A DNA stretch of 62,922 nt, counting the filler, from Octopus bimaculoides (lineage: Eukaryota): NCBI RefSeq assembly GCF_001194135.2. It is 10 parts of 8 records of this genome, joined end to end, with 100 filler letters (N's around TTAATTAATTAA, not from the genome) between each part and the next. Parts side by side here need not be neighbours in the genome. Positions count along the whole stretch, not along the records: positions 59,367 to 61,807 come from NC_068985.1; positions 61,908 to 62,922 come from NC_068988.1; 8 more parts are not named here. One strand, written 5' to 3'. The translations under genes and the position numbers were made by a program. The notes under the pieces are model-generated. The model made no database searches and was not told the origin of the DNA. It saw only the letters and a program-made list of their open reading frames with translations. Below are positions 60,570-62,922 of this stretch, one piece after another. The stretch's first letter is position 1. Each line of letters begins with the position of its first letter.

Positions 60570-61068
60570 TCATCATCATCATCATCTTTTAATGTCTGTT
60601 GTCCATGCTGGCATGGGTTGGACAGTTTGACCAAGTGCAGTAAGATGAGGAGTTGCACCAGAGTCCGGTTTAATTTGGCATGGTTTCTACAGTTCACCAC
60701 CTCATCTCATGTCTTTTTTGGTCTCCCGTTTCCACAGGCTTCCTACATGGTTACAGATCAGCACTTCTTTACATATGTGTCCTCGTCCTGACACACCACA
60801 TGACCATACTAGTGCAGTTGTCTCTCTGCACACCAAATTTGATACCTCTTATGTCCCACTTTTCTCTCAAGACACTTGCACTCTGTCGTACATACACACT
60901 GACATTGCACATCAAATGAAGCATACTAGCTTCATTTCTTTCAAGCCTATGCCTGTCCTCAGTGGTTACAGCCCATGCGTCACTGCCATGTAGCACAAGT
61001 GTTTGCACACAAGCGTCATGCAATCTGACTTTCACTCTGAGAGAGAGGGCCTTTGTTGCCAACATATT
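60570..61068 (-). mobile_element. RTE-clade LINE 3' relic
   Basis: LATKALSLRVKVRLHDACVQTLVLHGSDAWAVTTEDRHRLERNEASMLHLMCNVS; 3' end caacccatgccagcatggac...(GAT)n tail. Confidence 0.88.
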
Positions 61069-62488
61069 CTAAAAATAAATAATCCTATCTTTGAAGTCTT
61101 CAACCTAATGCATGATTAATTCAAAAGAATGTGAATAAATAAGCATTACATTTTATAGTGGACTCTGAATTCTAAAGGAATAATAAAATTAAATATGAGT
61201 CCAATACAAGAAACAAAGGCTTTCTCCTTCATTAGTTTCAATATAAAAGCTGTAGTGGGTACTTCTACCAACACAACTTCTACAACTTTACTTGTGTTAT
61301 CAAGCTTCAATAAATGGGATGCTACACTGAACTCACTGGCATTTCAATTCAGAAATTGTAAACATTAAACTAGTATATCAAAATCTTGTATACCATCAAG
61401 TCTCTTCCTCTTAATGCTGTGCCAAATTACCAATATTCAAAAGACATGTAGAATTCCAAAACAACGTAGAGAAGCAAAATATGTTTGGAGAATAAAATAA
61501 ATCTAATCTCTAGTCCCAAACAGAGAAGGACCCTCACAGAAGGCAGCATATAATCATTCCATTTGCTTAATTATAGCAATCAAATTGTCATCAACTATCA
61601 TCCTTGAAATGGCATCAGCTTATATGAAGTTCTTCAATTTCAGACAATGATCCAAAAGAAAGACAATACTTTTATGATTTTTTATAAGTTTCTCAAATGA
61701 GGCAAGTTAGTTTCCATGGCATTTTGGTAGCCCTGCCTCAGACTTGTAAGAATTTCAGTGTAGGATGTTTAACCTGAATAACTGAAGGTAAACAATAATC
61801 GGTGGAGNNNNNNNNNNNNNNNNNNNNNNNNNNNNNNNNNNNNNNNNNNNNTTAATTAATTAANNNNNNNNNNNNNNNNNNNNNNNNNNNNNNNNNNNNN
61901 NNNNNNNAGGGTTAGGCAGTAGCTAATAAACTTTTTATACAGTTCAGGCAGATGTTAACGAAATTATAAATGGAGATTAAATACGCTTTACACCGCTTAA
62001 ACTGCTAAAGGAGTAAGTGTAAACAGCTGAATACTTGTCAGTGATTGGTTGAAATTATCGAAATAAGACAATTTTTTACATGAAATAAATTCGAATACAA
62101 AATTTTTTTTCTGTTCTATAACACAAAATAGATAAGTATACGAAGTTTGAAAGTCTTTCGGTACCAAAAACACTACATAAAACATAAATGAAAACTGGTG
62201 CCCCCGTTTTGAACAAGATCCTGTTGGCCTGCTCGCCTAACGAACCGTGTGGTATTATTATTCGAAAGCAAAAATAATGCGAAGCGCAGTGTGACTAGCG
62301 GTGTATAACAACAACCGATAGTTTGGACGAAATATTATATTTAGCTTTTTATGTTTGTGTTAATTAAGTATTCATTTGTGTAAATGAGAAAATAAGCACA
62401 GAAAACAGTAATCACAGTTGTATTAATGATAATTATGTTCATCATTGACATCATTGTTATTGTAACAATTATCATCATCATTCGCACT

Positions 62489-62883
62489 GTTGTTGTTGTT
62501 GTTGGCACTCCGTCGCTTACGACGTCGAGCGTTCCAGTTGATCCGATAAACGGAACAGCCTGCTCGTGAAATTAACGTGCAAGTGGCTGAGCACTCCACA
62601 GACTCGTGTACCCTTAACGTAGTTCTCGGGGATATTCAGCGTGACACAAAGTGTGACAAGGCTGACCCTTTGAATTACAGGCACAACAGAAACAGGAAGT
62701 AAGAGTGAGTGAAACTTGTGGTGGAAGAGTAGAGTAGGGTTCGCCACCATCCCCTGCCGGAGCCTCGTGGAGCTTTAGGTGTTTTCGCTCAATAAACACT
62801 CACAACGCCCGGTCTGGGAATCGAAACCACGATCCTATGACCGCGAGTCCGCTGCCCTAACCACTGGGCCATTGCGCCTCCAC
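62489..62883 (-). mobile_element. family A tRNA SINE, full length with (CAA)n tail
   Basis: Head GTGGAGGCGCAATGGCCCAGTGGTTAGGGCAGCGGACTCGCGGTCATAGGATCGTGGTTTCGATTCCCAG; tail gacggagtgccaacaacaac. Confidence 0.92.
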
Positions 62884-62922
62884 TTCATTCGCGCTAGCAT
62901 GATGATAAACTGATAATGATAG

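Noticed and set aside
60935-60965. CTGAGGA-caggcataggctt-GAAA on the minus strand
   Set aside because: Coding sequence of the RTE relic (TEDRHRLER); no helix III or cleavage triplet.
59560-61800. Possible minus-strand exons in CpG-poor unique sequence (~59590-59660, ~61690-61790)
   Set aside because: Frames are short or blocked by stops next to the candidate acceptors; no recognisable protein similarity.
12370-61863. Regularly recurring TTAATTAATTAA as a possible CRISPR-like or biological repeat
   Set aside because: Always centred in identical 44-N flanks; a six-frame-stop assembly linker.
1063-62799. Long ORFs in the supplied track (poly-YI, CV, HT, X-rich, poly-I/L/H)
   Set aside because: They are translations of microsatellites or run through N gaps; no host protein-coding gene is supported.
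62810-62883. tRNA-like sequence as a real tRNA gene (also 31079-31160, 49580-49656)
   Set aside because: Continues into a shared ~300-bp SINE body and lacks a proper acceptor stem and terminator; these are SINE heads.

Overview
AT-rich, microsatellite-dense, heavily gapped eukaryotic non-coding DNA, most likely from an octopus/cephalopod genome. That assignment is inferred from the SINE families and the repeat landscape, not from a marker gene. No intact host protein-coding gene is supported; almost every ORF in the track is a microsatellite or N-gap artefact. The called sequence is a mosaic of four tRNA-type SINE groups (here A, B/CORE-like, C, D), decayed LINEs (RLE-type R4/Dong-like, CR1/L2-like, RTE), a Ty3/Gypsy gag-protease relic, five Tc1/mariner relics (DD37D, rosa/DD41D-like, DD34D), hAT- and pogo-like MITEs and several foldback/palindromic structures. 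Nine 100-bp N44-TTAATTAATTAA-N44 spacers are artificial joins, so adjacency across them is not guaranteed. Most interesting: (1) three sequence-unrelated type I hammerhead ribozyme motifs with short (near-)palindromic helix III at 6184-6258, 40151-40258 and 44187-44250, plus decayed relatives; (2) a full-length 5S rRNA-derived head fused to the common SINE 3' tail at 57611-57804, a candidate SINE3 or template-switch chimera; (3) the same tail, with compensatory stem changes, at the 3' end of a CR1/L2-like LINE in the window, identifying a probable SINE-LINE partnership.
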